The notes: generated from the letters alone by a model not told the origin. A stretch of DNA of 64,000 nucleotides from an uncultured Eubacteriales bacterium (GCA_902779185.1 CACZAM010000006.1:6189-70188), one strand, 5' to 3'. Counted from the first letter of the stretch, positions 18,243 through 26,936 are shown. A program made the numbers and translations.

Positions 18243-18532
18243 GAGTTTTTCCTTCCTTTCATGCCCTCTCGGGGCGATTTTCTATGACCCTTCGGTCGTT
18301 GATCGGAGCGGGCCTTAGTGCCTGCCCATTCTGTCTGACCTTACGGTCATAGTTTTGCCCTTTAGGGCTAGTTTCTAAGTGCCGCGTTTGCGGTCGGTTT
18401 ATTCTGCAAAGTCACCCCTGCAGCCGGGTCCGCTTGCCGCGGCGAGGCCTGTTCCTATTCTGTAAGCCCGGATCAGTGGGCTTCCCTCGTGCACGGCCTA
18501 GGGTTCGTACGCACACAAGGCTTTGTTAGCTT
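18243..18532 (-). ncRNA. Long GC-rich structured 5' leader of the pilin mRNA (candidate cis-regulatory RNA, class unassigned)
   Basis: There is a 323-nt gap between the signal peptidase and pilin genes, with no ORF. Minus-strand hairpins with stable loops include TGACC-GUAA-GGTCA (18336-18349) and GACC-GAAG-GGTC (18286-18297), plus GCCC-UAAA-GGGC, CCGC-AAAC-GCGG and AGCCC-N8-GGGCT. In addition, CTATGACC (rc of 18345-18352) is perfectly complementary to GGTCATAG (rc of 18282-18289), giving mutually exclusive folds. Confidence 0.4.
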
Positions 18533-18561
18533 ATTTATCTTCAATGGCTTATGCCAGTGAA
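18533..18561 (-). promoter_or_regulatory. Candidate sigma-A promoter for the pilin leader (TTCACT-17 nt-ATAAAT)
   Basis: Minus strand gaaTTCACTggcataagccattgaagATAAATaagc. Spacing counted as 17 nt. Confidence 0.3.
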
Positions 18562-18565
18562 TTCG

Positions 18566-19186
18566 TTAATGTATTGGACCTATTCTATTGAGCGGCCACA
18601 CTCTGAAAACGATCCTGCCGACCACCTGCTCTGATGTTACGCATCCGATTGCCATATGACGCGAGTCTATCGATACATCTCTGTTGTCTCCAAGTACGAA
18701 TATCCTCTCGTCAGGCACCTGATAAGGGAAGTCTATATCAGGTTCACCAAATGCTTTTTTATCCAGATACGGTTCTTCGATCTGTACTCCATTTACATAG
18801 ACATTTCCTTGCAGATCTATGTCTACCCAGTCGCCGCTATTCGCAATAACTCGCTTCACCAGAATGTTGTTGTTGTAGTAGAACGCTATGACATCGCCTG
18901 TCTTGAAATGTGCGTTCTTGACTGATACAACCAGCTCGCCGCTGACAAGTGTACTGTTCATCGACTGTCCGTAGATCCTCAGCACCGGCAGGAATAGCAT
19001 TGCTACCAGTATAGCCATTGCCGCTACTACGATCAGGATGTTTGTAGTGCTGACGATGGACTTGCGCAGCCTGTCCCTGAACGAGACCTTGTCGTAGGCT
19101 TCCTGGATCACTTCGGTTGATGGCATTTTGACTGTTCCGCTCTCCACAGCCTCCATGGCCTGCTGAAGCATCTTATTCGTCGCCAT
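18566..19186 (-). CDS. lepB: Signal peptidase I, LepB (bacterial S26A) type
   Basis: TM segment ILIVVAAMAILVAMLFL, then GQSMNSTL (Ser), ILVKRVIANSGD (Lys), VFVLGDNRDVSIDSRH. Start chosen at MATNK (ATG 19186) behind AGGAGG. It overlaps the preceding ORF by 14 nt. The longest ORF starts at 19240. Confidence 0.9.
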   Translation of the reverse strand: MATNKMLQQAMEAVESGTVKMPSTEVIQEAYDKVSFRDRLRKSIVSTTNILIVVAAMAILVAMLFLPVLRIYGQSMNSTLVSGELVVSVKNAHFKTGDVIAFYYNNNILVKRVIANSGDWVDIDLQGNVYVNGVQIEEPYLDKKAFGEPDIDFPYQVPDERIFVLGDNRDVSIDSRHMAIGCVTSEQVVGRIVFRVWPLNRIGPIH

Positions 19187-19457
19187 GGCGCCTCCTGACA
19201 TTATCCAGGTAGATATTGGCGGCTTTCTCTGCCTCCTCAAAGATCTTTGTCACTGCCAGTGAGGCCTCTGCTATCGAACCGATCTTGCTGAATTCGAATT
19301 CTCTGTTTGCCAGCTGCGACTCCAGATCTATAATTCTGGCGTTTAGCTTATCTATCTCTTTTCCCTGTGCCAGCATGATCTCAAGAAGTTCTTTCTTCTT
19401 CATCTTTGTGAGATCTAGCTCATCTGGCTTTGCTTTCTCTTTTCTGTCTGATCTCAT
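19173..19457 (-). CDS. 94-aa coiled-coil protein of unknown function, translationally coupled to lepB
   Basis: ORF with heptad-like K/E/L-rich sequence (KKKELLEIMLAQGKEIDKLNARIIDLESQLANRE). No TM segment or signal peptide. Confidence 0.55.
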   Translation of the reverse strand: MRSDRKEKAKPDELDLTKMKKKELLEIMLAQGKEIDKLNARIIDLESQLANREFEFSKIGSIAEASLAVTKIFEEAEKAANIYLDNVRRRHGDE

Positions 19458-19541
19458 TCGAAATCATTATTCCTTTCTTGTTGCTATCTGCATATCCCAA
19501 CTGTCATTCAAGATGGCAGCTCGGATCCGCAGATATGATGT

Positions 19542-19574
19542 TACCGGGCACGGGCGCATTACCCGCGCCCGGTA
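19542..19574 (-). terminator. GC-rich hairpin after the tip-adhesin gene (no U-tract)
   Basis: TACCGGGC...GCCCGGTA outer stem (8 bp) plus an inner CGGG/CCCG stem, seen directly in the sequence. Confidence 0.35.
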
Positions 19575-19600
19575 TTCATATTTAATTGTTGTTTAAAGGA

Positions 19601-22600
19601 TTATTTCTCTTCAGATTTCATCCTTCTTCGTGCTACCAGCACAACTCCACATCCAACTACCAGCAGTGAGCCGAGTACATAGAAGATCGTAGTGCCGATG
19701 CCACCTGTGGTAGGTAATGGAGTACCAGCTGTATTCGTAATATTGATCTGGTAAGCACCATTACTATTGATAGAGGCTTGTGTCGGTTGACCAGATGTTC
19801 CCTGTGTATAGCTAACTCCATCTGCACTGACAGTTATTGTGCTAGGATTTTCAAGCTTGGCATATCCAGCTGGAGCAACGGTCTCTTCAAGCTCATATGC
19901 GGTTTCTCTAACCGGTAATGTAACTGTTCCGGTGTATCCGTCAGGGCCTGATGTAATTGTGCTTCCGTTCAATGTGAACTGTGCCCCCTCAAGAGCTGTT
20001 CCATCCTGCGTATCAGTCTTATATACCTGAACAATCTGTCTGTTTCTGGTGTTGGTATACTTAACAGTCATGTTTCCGTCCACCGTCAGATTACCGGTAT
20101 CGGTTCCAGTAACATTAGTAGTTGTGTTATCAGCCTTTGTTACTACTATAGATGTATCAAATGCCTGAACCGGTGTTTCTGCAACCGAGAAGACTGTTCC
20201 ATATGGGATTTCTGTATACTCTTTCTTTCCTTGATCAACAAGTTGGAATGAGTCTGCAGATGCGGTCAGTCCTGTAGCAGTAAAGCTGAACTCAGTTGTC
20301 TTATCAGTGCTATTGCCTACTACAGCCTTCTCGACAGTTACTTTATAGCGCTCACGCGGGTTAACTACATTGATGGTGTAAACGCCATCAGAGTCAGGAC
20401 CAGATATGGAGAATTTGCCAGTATCTGCATCCGCTACCTGTACAGATATGCCAGTAGATCCGACAGTTACGGTATTACCATCGCTAAGACCCGTGTAATG
20501 ATCGATCGGAGTTTCCGTTAACGCATATGGGTCGTCACTTGCATTTACATCAATTACATCAGTATATCCATTCGAACCTGTTTCAACACTCTGACCAGCA
20601 AGGGTGAATCCAACTCCCTCAAGCGGAACAGCCGGATCGGAATCATCGACCTTGTAGAACCTGATCTTCTTAGCTTTACGCGTATTCGTAAATGTTATTA
20701 CAGTGTCACCTTGAATCTGTATTGATGATCCATTTACAAGGTCAGCTATTGGAACATCTACTTCCTCATCAGCTTCGTTTGTAGTTTTGTATGAGCCTTC
20801 AACACTGATTTCGAAATCAGGATTTTCAGCTTCAGTAAAGCTGACTGTGGTACCAAGGGAGAGATCTTTATAAACCTTAGTTTCTGTATCAGCTAACTGG
20901 AACGTGTCTAACGGTGTTACTCCTGTTGGAGTAAATGTAAACTTTGTGGTTAAATCATCACCTGCGCCTACAACAACCTTTTTAACCGTTACAGTGTACA
21001 GTTTCTCCCATACAGCATACATGTCGTGATATGGTGTTATTTCGTCAGCTGCGACCCCTTTGGCTGTTCTTACAGTTTCACCATCTTTATCAATAAAGGT
21101 CCATGTGCCATCATCATGAGGGGTCAGATAGACATCATCCTTAGTCAAATTGAGAACATTCGCTTGTGGTACAGGCTCGCCGTGACTCTGGGATTGTGTT
21201 GTTGGAACGCGAGCCCATCCAAGGAATTTGTAGCCTTCACGAGTCGGGGCAGGATATATACTCGTCGCCTGGTTGATCTGCAGATTTTTATCCTGATGGA
21301 TCGCGTAGTTGTCACCATAGTTCGGATACCAGTCGATATGTGTCGGAGTCTCATTACCCTTATCCAGATAAACCGCCTTCAACTGGATTGTGTAAGTTGC
21401 CTCTGAAATATATGGGAATCCAGTTGGTCCGGTAATTTCATCCTTTCCAGAGTAAACAGCCGGAGTGCCGTCTGTTGAGGTTACTGCAGTATTGTCTTTT
21501 GCGGACTTCCATTCAGTAACTACGACCTTCGAATCATTCTTCAGTACCTCGAAATCACCGCCAGGGAATACTACAACTGACGTGTCCTCATATTCTCCTG
21601 TTTCATTGTTCCATGTTTGTAGTACCCAATGGTCGAAAGTCTTATTTTCCGGCGGAGTTATATCAGCAGACTGGGCAGCTGCATGAGCAGTGTCCTTATA
21701 TAATGTTTCATCCTCAACGTTTCCTGTACCTCCGTCAAGTTCATAGATAATGCGTATTCCAGGCGCACCAGGAATCTCTTTACGCCATCTGCCGTAAAGA
21801 TCTATTTTCTTTGTGATCCAGAAACGATTTCTAGGATTACCATACTGGTCCTGAACATCAGAGTTCCAGGTAGCGCCTTCGCCCCACTTATCCATCACAT
21901 CTGTCATGTCTACGGCTTTGTTATACGCTACTGTATTGTCATCAGTAAGTTTCGTTTCTTCGTTGTATGGTGCTCCACTCTCCGTGAACCAACCAGCAAA
22001 CTCATAACCGCTTCTGGTTCCGAAAGGCAAGCTGATTGTGCCGAGATAGTCAATACGGAAGTTCAATGCCTGGTCATCGGAACCCCAATCCAATGTCATG
22101 TCTTTTTTAGTTGGATCGTCATCAATATATGCATTTGGATGCAGGAATGCACGATACTGTATTCTATGCCACTTAGCGTATACTATGATACCGTCCAGAG
22201 GCATGGTATCCCACGGATAAGGTACTGTGCATCCTTCATCAAGATACCAACCCTCGAATACATATCCTGCTTCAGGCGGCTCAGGTATATAATTTCTGTA
22301 CTCGTCTGCAATCACTGCACCAAAAGGTATTTCTGGGCTTTCATGCAAAAGTTGTCCGGCCTTGTTCTGAATAGTAGTTTCACCACTAGATGTATCGCCT
22401 ACATAGTTTCCATCAAAATATTCAATTTTAAATTTCTGACGATTGTAAACATAATTCAGATGATACAGCGTTGGATTGTTGCCGGTGGTCCAATAATTAC
22501 CAACTTTACGCCCATTATCATCTAAAGTAGTAAGTGTGGACGAAGCCGGCCAGACTCCCTGATTGTTCTGCCCTAATCGCAGCTGATAATCAAATCCCGT

Positions 22601-25219
22601 ATACTTTGGTTCATTCTGGTTTCTTGGTGTCGTATTACTCGAACGAACTGTCAGAACAGTCTCCTCATAATAAGTCTTGCCCTCGTAGGTATATGTGTTT
22701 TTATCTGAATAATCTTCTCCTTCAACGGTTTCAAACCATATATGATATCTCCAGTTGTAGTAACTATCCGGGAAACGAATTACTACATAATTGCCATCAG
22801 CATCATTCAAAGCGCCAAGAATGTTCTCATTCATGACCGTTATGACGCCTTTAACAGTACCGTTACCATCACTCGTTGGGTTCGGTTTTAGCTTCGTCCC
22901 GACCATCATTACAAAGCTAACTGCCTGACGCCCGTTTGCTCCTGTAATCTTGTCGTATGTAGGCCACTTTGAACTTATATCCTCCCCATAGTAAGCGGAT
23001 ATCGTGAAGTAATAATATGTCCTTCCGCCAACCGTCTCGGATTGTATTGTATAGCCATTAACTGATGGATGAGCATCTTGATTAGAATGCCATGTTACAA
23101 GATCGTTTAGCGCCCTACCATTACCCGAGTTGTTCGCATAATCATACCGGTTATTCTGAGTTCCATCTCTATACAGATAGAACTTGAACTCATACTCAAT
23201 CCTGTCGAAATACAGATTCAGTACCGCATCACCTTCCGGCGTAATCGCTACCTCTTGATTCTTGCTGGCTTCTGTTAAGCAAAAGCCCATATAATGTCCA
23301 TTGTCGTAAACATTTGTGCCGCTAGAATCTTCGCCTACTCCAGTCACATAGTCCTCATCGCCATTATCTACAAATGTATAAGGGATATTCTGACCAACCT
23401 GACCATGTTCATTTACCCAGGAATCTGCAACCTCATAGCCAGTTCTGTTTGTATTCTGCGTCCAGCAGATTACCATGTAAGGAGCTTCCGTATTCTTAAT
23501 CCAACCGGCATACACATGAGTACGATCCGTAATAGGATTTCCAAATTCAAATGGAGTTGTGCAGCCCTCATCAGCATACCATTTATCAAATGTATAGCCG
23601 GTGCGCTCCATCTCTTTGGTAGGCTTGACTGTGTTTTCACCAGATTTTACGAACTGAGGTGCAATGTATGTACCCTTATTCTCATGGAAAATCAGCCACT
23701 GACCTTCAGGTGCGTTTACAGAGAAAGTCACACTTCCACTAATCGTAATCTCATCCTCATTTTTATAAACTTTTCCTGAAGTCCATCCATCGATATTGTT
23801 GCCGCCTTCTTTGACCAGCCAGCCCTCAAAATTATGGGTTGAATCCGCAGAGTACGACATATTTACAGTATAGCTGAATGATTCCGGATCACTTGGTGTC
23901 CTAAGGAAGGCATCTGTTCCAAGAGCAACACCACCATCTCCCAGGTAGGTTACGTCAACGACTTTATAGATTGCAGCATAGTAATTCTTAACATCGCCTT
24001 CCGTTATGCTGTCTGCTGCAGTAATTTCCTTGATATCGTCACGGATAGCATCAATAGTCTTTCTCGTCGATGTGGCAGTATAGTTAGAATCCTCCGTCCA
24101 TCCCAGGAAGCTCCAGCCTTCAGGGATTTCGCCTGTACCAGGGTCGAAGATGATCTTCTTCAGTTCTGCCATATCATCATCGGCATTCTTGACATACATT
24201 GTTTTGATCAGTGTTGTGCCGTTGTAGAAATTGACTGCCATGCGGGCATTGTCTCCGCCTCCGCCCGGCTCTACCACTGCATATACCGAAAATCCATCCG
24301 TCTCAAATGAAGCTGCAGTCATCTGGTCGTCTGCATTAACAGTGGTTTTAACACTATTTGCATCAGAGTCGAGAACTTCCGGCTTAACTTTGCCGTTGTT
24401 TTGTTCAGCAAAATGCACGATGCGAACGTTATCTGCATCGCTTACCTTGATACCCTTATCGAATGCGATTTTGACGTTAACCGTATCCTCAGGCTCAACA
24501 GAGTCTTCCAGCATATCGGACTCAAGTGAGATATCATAGAATTTGATCATCTTGATATCAGTGATTCCACTGTTCTCTTCCTGAAGAACCTTAAGAACTT
24601 CTTTGTAATACTTTTCGTAATCAAAGTCCTTAGTGTTTCTATCCAGTTCCGAAGCTACGATATTAACGTCTTCAGGTAACTTGGCACTTTTGCCGACTTC
24701 TGCGGTCACTGTAAAATCGTCACCTTTGGCCTTCCTTGCCTCAAGTGTCTTGTTTGATGTCAGAAGTTTAACCTCATCATTTTTGCTGTCTTTTGACTCT
24801 TTTGCAGCTTTGGCATTGTCACCTTTGTCATCTCCTGCATCTGTAGCCTTGACATCATTCTCTTCCTTGACTTCGCCAGGAGTGACTGTCTCTTCGACAT
24901 TGTCGCCTTCGTCACCTCCTGCGTCTGTATCCTTGACATCGGTCTCTTCCTTGACTTCGCCAGGAGCGGCTGTCTCTTCGACAGTCACGCTATCCTCAGA
25001 TGCCTCTGCATCAACTTCCGCTGTAGTCTCTTCTACAGCTATGTCGATGCCACCTTGCTGTGCCGCTTCTTCCTGGTCGAGTGTGAATGCCGGGAGTACC
25101 AGCAGATAAGTTGTCGTGAACACAACAATCGCTGCCAGTGTTACTACCAGCGATTTAAGGTTCATCTTTTTCTTGAGCTGCGCCAGAAACGCTCTCATCT
25201 TGTCTGGAGTTGGCCTCAT
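19601..25219 (-). CDS. 1872-aa LPXTG surface protein, probable pilus tip adhesin
   Basis: N-terminal signal-anchor ...VVFTTTYLLVLPAFTLDQ. Listeria-Bacteroides-type repeats (GYTFDKWYADEGCTTPFEF...VYAGW). C-terminal pilin-like modules (FYKVDDSDPAVPLEGVGFTLAG; YKTDTQDGTALEGAQFTLNG; YELEETVAPAGY). The sorting signal LPTTGGIGTTIFYVLGSLLVVGCGVVLVARRRM is almost identical to that of the pilin. Confidence 0.9.
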   Translation of the reverse strand: MRPTPDKMRAFLAQLKKKMNLKSLVVTLAAIVVFTTTYLLVLPAFTLDQEEAAQQGGIDIAVEETTAEVDAEASEDSVTVEETAAPGEVKEETDVKDTDAGGDEGDNVEETVTPGEVKEENDVKATDAGDDKGDNAKAAKESKDSKNDEVKLLTSNKTLEARKAKGDDFTVTAEVGKSAKLPEDVNIVASELDRNTKDFDYEKYYKEVLKVLQEENSGITDIKMIKFYDISLESDMLEDSVEPEDTVNVKIAFDKGIKVSDADNVRIVHFAEQNNGKVKPEVLDSDANSVKTTVNADDQMTAASFETDGFSVYAVVEPGGGGDNARMAVNFYNGTTLIKTMYVKNADDDMAELKKIIFDPGTGEIPEGWSFLGWTEDSNYTATSTRKTIDAIRDDIKEITAADSITEGDVKNYYAAIYKVVDVTYLGDGGVALGTDAFLRTPSDPESFSYTVNMSYSADSTHNFEGWLVKEGGNNIDGWTSGKVYKNEDEITISGSVTFSVNAPEGQWLIFHENKGTYIAPQFVKSGENTVKPTKEMERTGYTFDKWYADEGCTTPFEFGNPITDRTHVYAGWIKNTEAPYMVICWTQNTNRTGYEVADSWVNEHGQVGQNIPYTFVDNGDEDYVTGVGEDSSGTNVYDNGHYMGFCLTEASKNQEVAITPEGDAVLNLYFDRIEYEFKFYLYRDGTQNNRYDYANNSGNGRALNDLVTWHSNQDAHPSVNGYTIQSETVGGRTYYYFTISAYYGEDISSKWPTYDKITGANGRQAVSFVMMVGTKLKPNPTSDGNGTVKGVITVMNENILGALNDADGNYVVIRFPDSYYNWRYHIWFETVEGEDYSDKNTYTYEGKTYYEETVLTVRSSNTTPRNQNEPKYTGFDYQLRLGQNNQGVWPASSTLTTLDDNGRKVGNYWTTGNNPTLYHLNYVYNRQKFKIEYFDGNYVGDTSSGETTIQNKAGQLLHESPEIPFGAVIADEYRNYIPEPPEAGYVFEGWYLDEGCTVPYPWDTMPLDGIIVYAKWHRIQYRAFLHPNAYIDDDPTKKDMTLDWGSDDQALNFRIDYLGTISLPFGTRSGYEFAGWFTESGAPYNEETKLTDDNTVAYNKAVDMTDVMDKWGEGATWNSDVQDQYGNPRNRFWITKKIDLYGRWRKEIPGAPGIRIIYELDGGTGNVEDETLYKDTAHAAAQSADITPPENKTFDHWVLQTWNNETGEYEDTSVVVFPGGDFEVLKNDSKVVVTEWKSAKDNTAVTSTDGTPAVYSGKDEITGPTGFPYISEATYTIQLKAVYLDKGNETPTHIDWYPNYGDNYAIHQDKNLQINQATSIYPAPTREGYKFLGWARVPTTQSQSHGEPVPQANVLNLTKDDVYLTPHDDGTWTFIDKDGETVRTAKGVAADEITPYHDMYAVWEKLYTVTVKKVVVGAGDDLTTKFTFTPTGVTPLDTFQLADTETKVYKDLSLGTTVSFTEAENPDFEISVEGSYKTTNEADEEVDVPIADLVNGSSIQIQGDTVITFTNTRKAKKIRFYKVDDSDPAVPLEGVGFTLAGQSVETGSNGYTDVIDVNASDDPYALTETPIDHYTGLSDGNTVTVGSTGISVQVADADTGKFSISGPDSDGVYTINVVNPRERYKVTVEKAVVGNSTDKTTEFSFTATGLTASADSFQLVDQGKKEYTEIPYGTVFSVAETPVQAFDTSIVVTKADNTTTNVTGTDTGNLTVDGNMTVKYTNTRNRQIVQVYKTDTQDGTALEGAQFTLNGSTITSGPDGYTGTVTLPVRETAYELEETVAPAGYAKLENPSTITVSADGVSYTQGTSGQPTQASINSNGAYQINITNTAGTPLPTTGGIGTTIFYVLGSLLVVGCGVVLVARRRMKSEEK

Positions 25220-25314
25220 AATTAACCCCTTCTCATATATCTTTACATTAGTTATTCACGCACGTTTAAGTGGCTGCGCAGTGACAGCCAATATACAGAA
25301 CAAATATAAAAAAA

Positions 25315-25335
25315 GTTGCGCAACACGTGCGCAAC
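25315..25335. promoter_or_regulatory. Perfect 10-bp palindrome GTTGCGCAAC plus an adjacent TGCGCAAC half-site upstream of the tip-adhesin gene (candidate operator)
   Basis: The sequence gTTGCGCAACacgTGCGCAAC lies in the 212-nt AT-rich gap between the SipW copy 2 and adhesin genes. Confidence 0.3.
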
Positions 25336-25431
25336 AGATAGGTGCCTTAACCGTCATTAAAACCGTCTCATTTAAAGTTTTTTATGATTTATTAAGAAAA
25401 TTTTCTTGTATTAATTCATATCCATAGTTTT

Positions 25432-26040
25432 TTAGCTCCTTTTGCGGATAGAACTGCCCACTTCAGTCAGCAGATATCCGGCCAGTATTATCAGGGCTAT
25501 TGCTATCTTACCCATCGTAGATGACAGCGGCGCTGCCAGATATCCCAGATGCGGTATATGGAATATCACTTTGCCTTCTACATTTAAATATGTAACTTTA
25601 AATATATCGGCTTGCTCATTGGCGTCGCCTTTGGTGGTGATCTCGCCGGCTTTAGTGTCATTCAGCACAACTCTGTGTGTGATCGGGATGATATCTTCTG
25701 TGCCTGCATCCCCCTGTCCGGCCTTGCTGCTGTAGAAGACTATTACATCGCCGGTCTCGAGGGTTTTGGGATCTACCTCTTTGGAATAGACCATGCTACC
25801 TACCGGGATGGCCGGCTCCATACTGCCGCTGATGACAACGTAGGTTTTGATGCCGGCCAGACGAGGCGCCGCGAGCACAAGGCACAGCAAGATGGCAGCC
25901 CACATTATAAGGCTGCCCAGAAAATTGAAAAACCGTCCGAGCGGCGCCGGTTTGCCCTTATCTTTTTTAGGCTTTGAGCGCTTTTCGTTTTCCTTGCTTA
26001 TTGCAGCTTCTTCTGCCGCATGCCTTTCTACTCTGCTCAT
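25432..26040 (-). CDS. sipW: Signal peptidase I, SipW type, copy 2
   Basis: 202 aa with VVISGSMEPAIPVGSMVYSKEV, ITHRVV and TKGDANEQAD. Same architecture as 9746..10342. Confidence 0.85.
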   Translation of the reverse strand: MSRVERHAAEEAAISKENEKRSKPKKDKGKPAPLGRFFNFLGSLIMWAAILLCLVLAAPRLAGIKTYVVISGSMEPAIPVGSMVYSKEVDPKTLETGDVIVFYSSKAGQGDAGTEDIIPITHRVVLNDTKAGEITTKGDANEQADIFKVTYLNVEGKVIFHIPHLGYLAAPLSSTMGKIAIALIILAGYLLTEVGSSIRKRS

Positions 26041-26047
26041 TCCTCTT

Positions 26048-26785
26048 TTACCAACCCATCACCTGTGCAAATACCTCACCGATCTTATCATGGATCACCA
26101 GATCAGCCCTGCTGTCTGCACTCGTTGAGCTCATGTTGATCAGCACCAGCTTTTTGCCGTGGAAGTAGTGGATGAGTCCCGCGGCCGGATACACGATGAG
26201 AGTTGTACCTCCTACTATGAGTGTATCGGCATTCGAGATAGCTCTTACTGCTCCGTCAATCACATCGCTGTCGAGTCCCTCTTCATACAGAACAACATCA
26301 GGCTTGATCCTGCCGCCGCACTTGTCGCAATACGGAACGCCCTTTGACTCCAGCACTTTCTCGAGTCCGTAGTACGCATGGCATCTCTCGCAGTAGTTGC
26401 GCAGTGTCGATCCGTGGAGTTCCCACACAACCTTGCTGCCCGCCTTCTGATGCAGACCGTCGATGTTCTGTGTGACAACAGCTTTCACCTTGCCCTGCCG
26501 CTCGAGCTCGGCCAGAGCTTTGTGGCAGTTATTCGGCTGCGCGTTTTCGTATATGAGCTTGTCCTTGTAGAACTCATAGAAATCTTCGGTGTGTCTCATG
26601 TAGAACGAGTGGGATATCATCTCCTCAGGCGAGACCGTTCTGCCGAGGTCCTGGTTATAAATCCCGTTGGCGCTCCTGAAGTCAGGGATGCCGCTCTCTG
26701 TGGACACGCCTGCGCCGCCAAAGAATACGATATTATTGCTCTCGTCGATTATCTTCTTTAATTCCTTGATCTTATCGTCCATATC
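26048..26785 (-). CDS. cobB: NAD-dependent protein deacylase (Sir2/CobB family)
   Basis: GAGVSTESGIPDFRS, VTQNIDGLH, Zn-ribbon cysteines (CERCHAYY...CDKCGG), GTTLIVYPA. Start placed at MDDKIKELKK (26785). The longest ORF starts at 26833. The stop is 7 nt from the start of SipW copy 2. Confidence 0.9.
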   Translation of the reverse strand, partial: DMDDKIKELKKIIDESNNIVFFGGAGVSTESGIPDFRSANGIYNQDLGRTVSPEEMISHSFYMRHTEDFYEFYKDKLIYENAQPNNCHKALAELERQGKVKAVVTQNIDGLHQKAGSKVVWELHGSTLRNYCERCHAYYGLEKVLESKGVPYCDKCGGRIKPDVVLYEEGLDSDVIDGAVRAISNADTLIVGGTTLIVYPAAGLIHYFHGKKLVLINMSSTSADSRADLVIHDKIGEVFAQVMGW

Positions 26786-26908
26786 CGACCGCCTTTCCGT
26801 ATAACCCTGCTGCTGTATCTTTTTCGCCATCATTATACCACCATTTGCATTCCTATTGCTCTATTCCAAAGACAGCAAATTCATGCGCTTTTTTGCGCTA
26901 TTTTGAAA

Positions 26909-26936
26909 TTGATTACACCCTGTGAATAGTTAGAAT
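26909..26936 (+). promoter_or_regulatory. Candidate promoter TTGATT-16 nt-TAGAAT for an orphan plus-strand transcript
   Basis: Read directly from the sequence. It lies ~85 nt upstream of two strong Shine-Dalgarno sites and ~220 nt upstream of a terminator. Confidence 0.35.

Noticed and set aside
18243-18565. A GC-rich intergenic block considered as a tRNA, another housekeeping RNA gene or a missed CDS.
   Set aside because: I could trace no cloverleaf with a T-loop/anticodon arrangement, and I recognised no RNase P, tmRNA or SRP hallmarks. Only short shadow ORFs are present. Position and orientation fit a 5' leader of the pilin mRNA instead.
26048-26833. The Sir2-family gene as a Thoeris ThsA-like or other defence SIR2 partner for the TIR protein.
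   Set aside because: It is a compact (~245 aa) canonical CobB with a Zn-ribbon and no SLOG, macro or other sensor domain. It has normal GC content. An sORF unit and a complete GntR-ABC operon (over 3 kb) separate it from the TIR gene.
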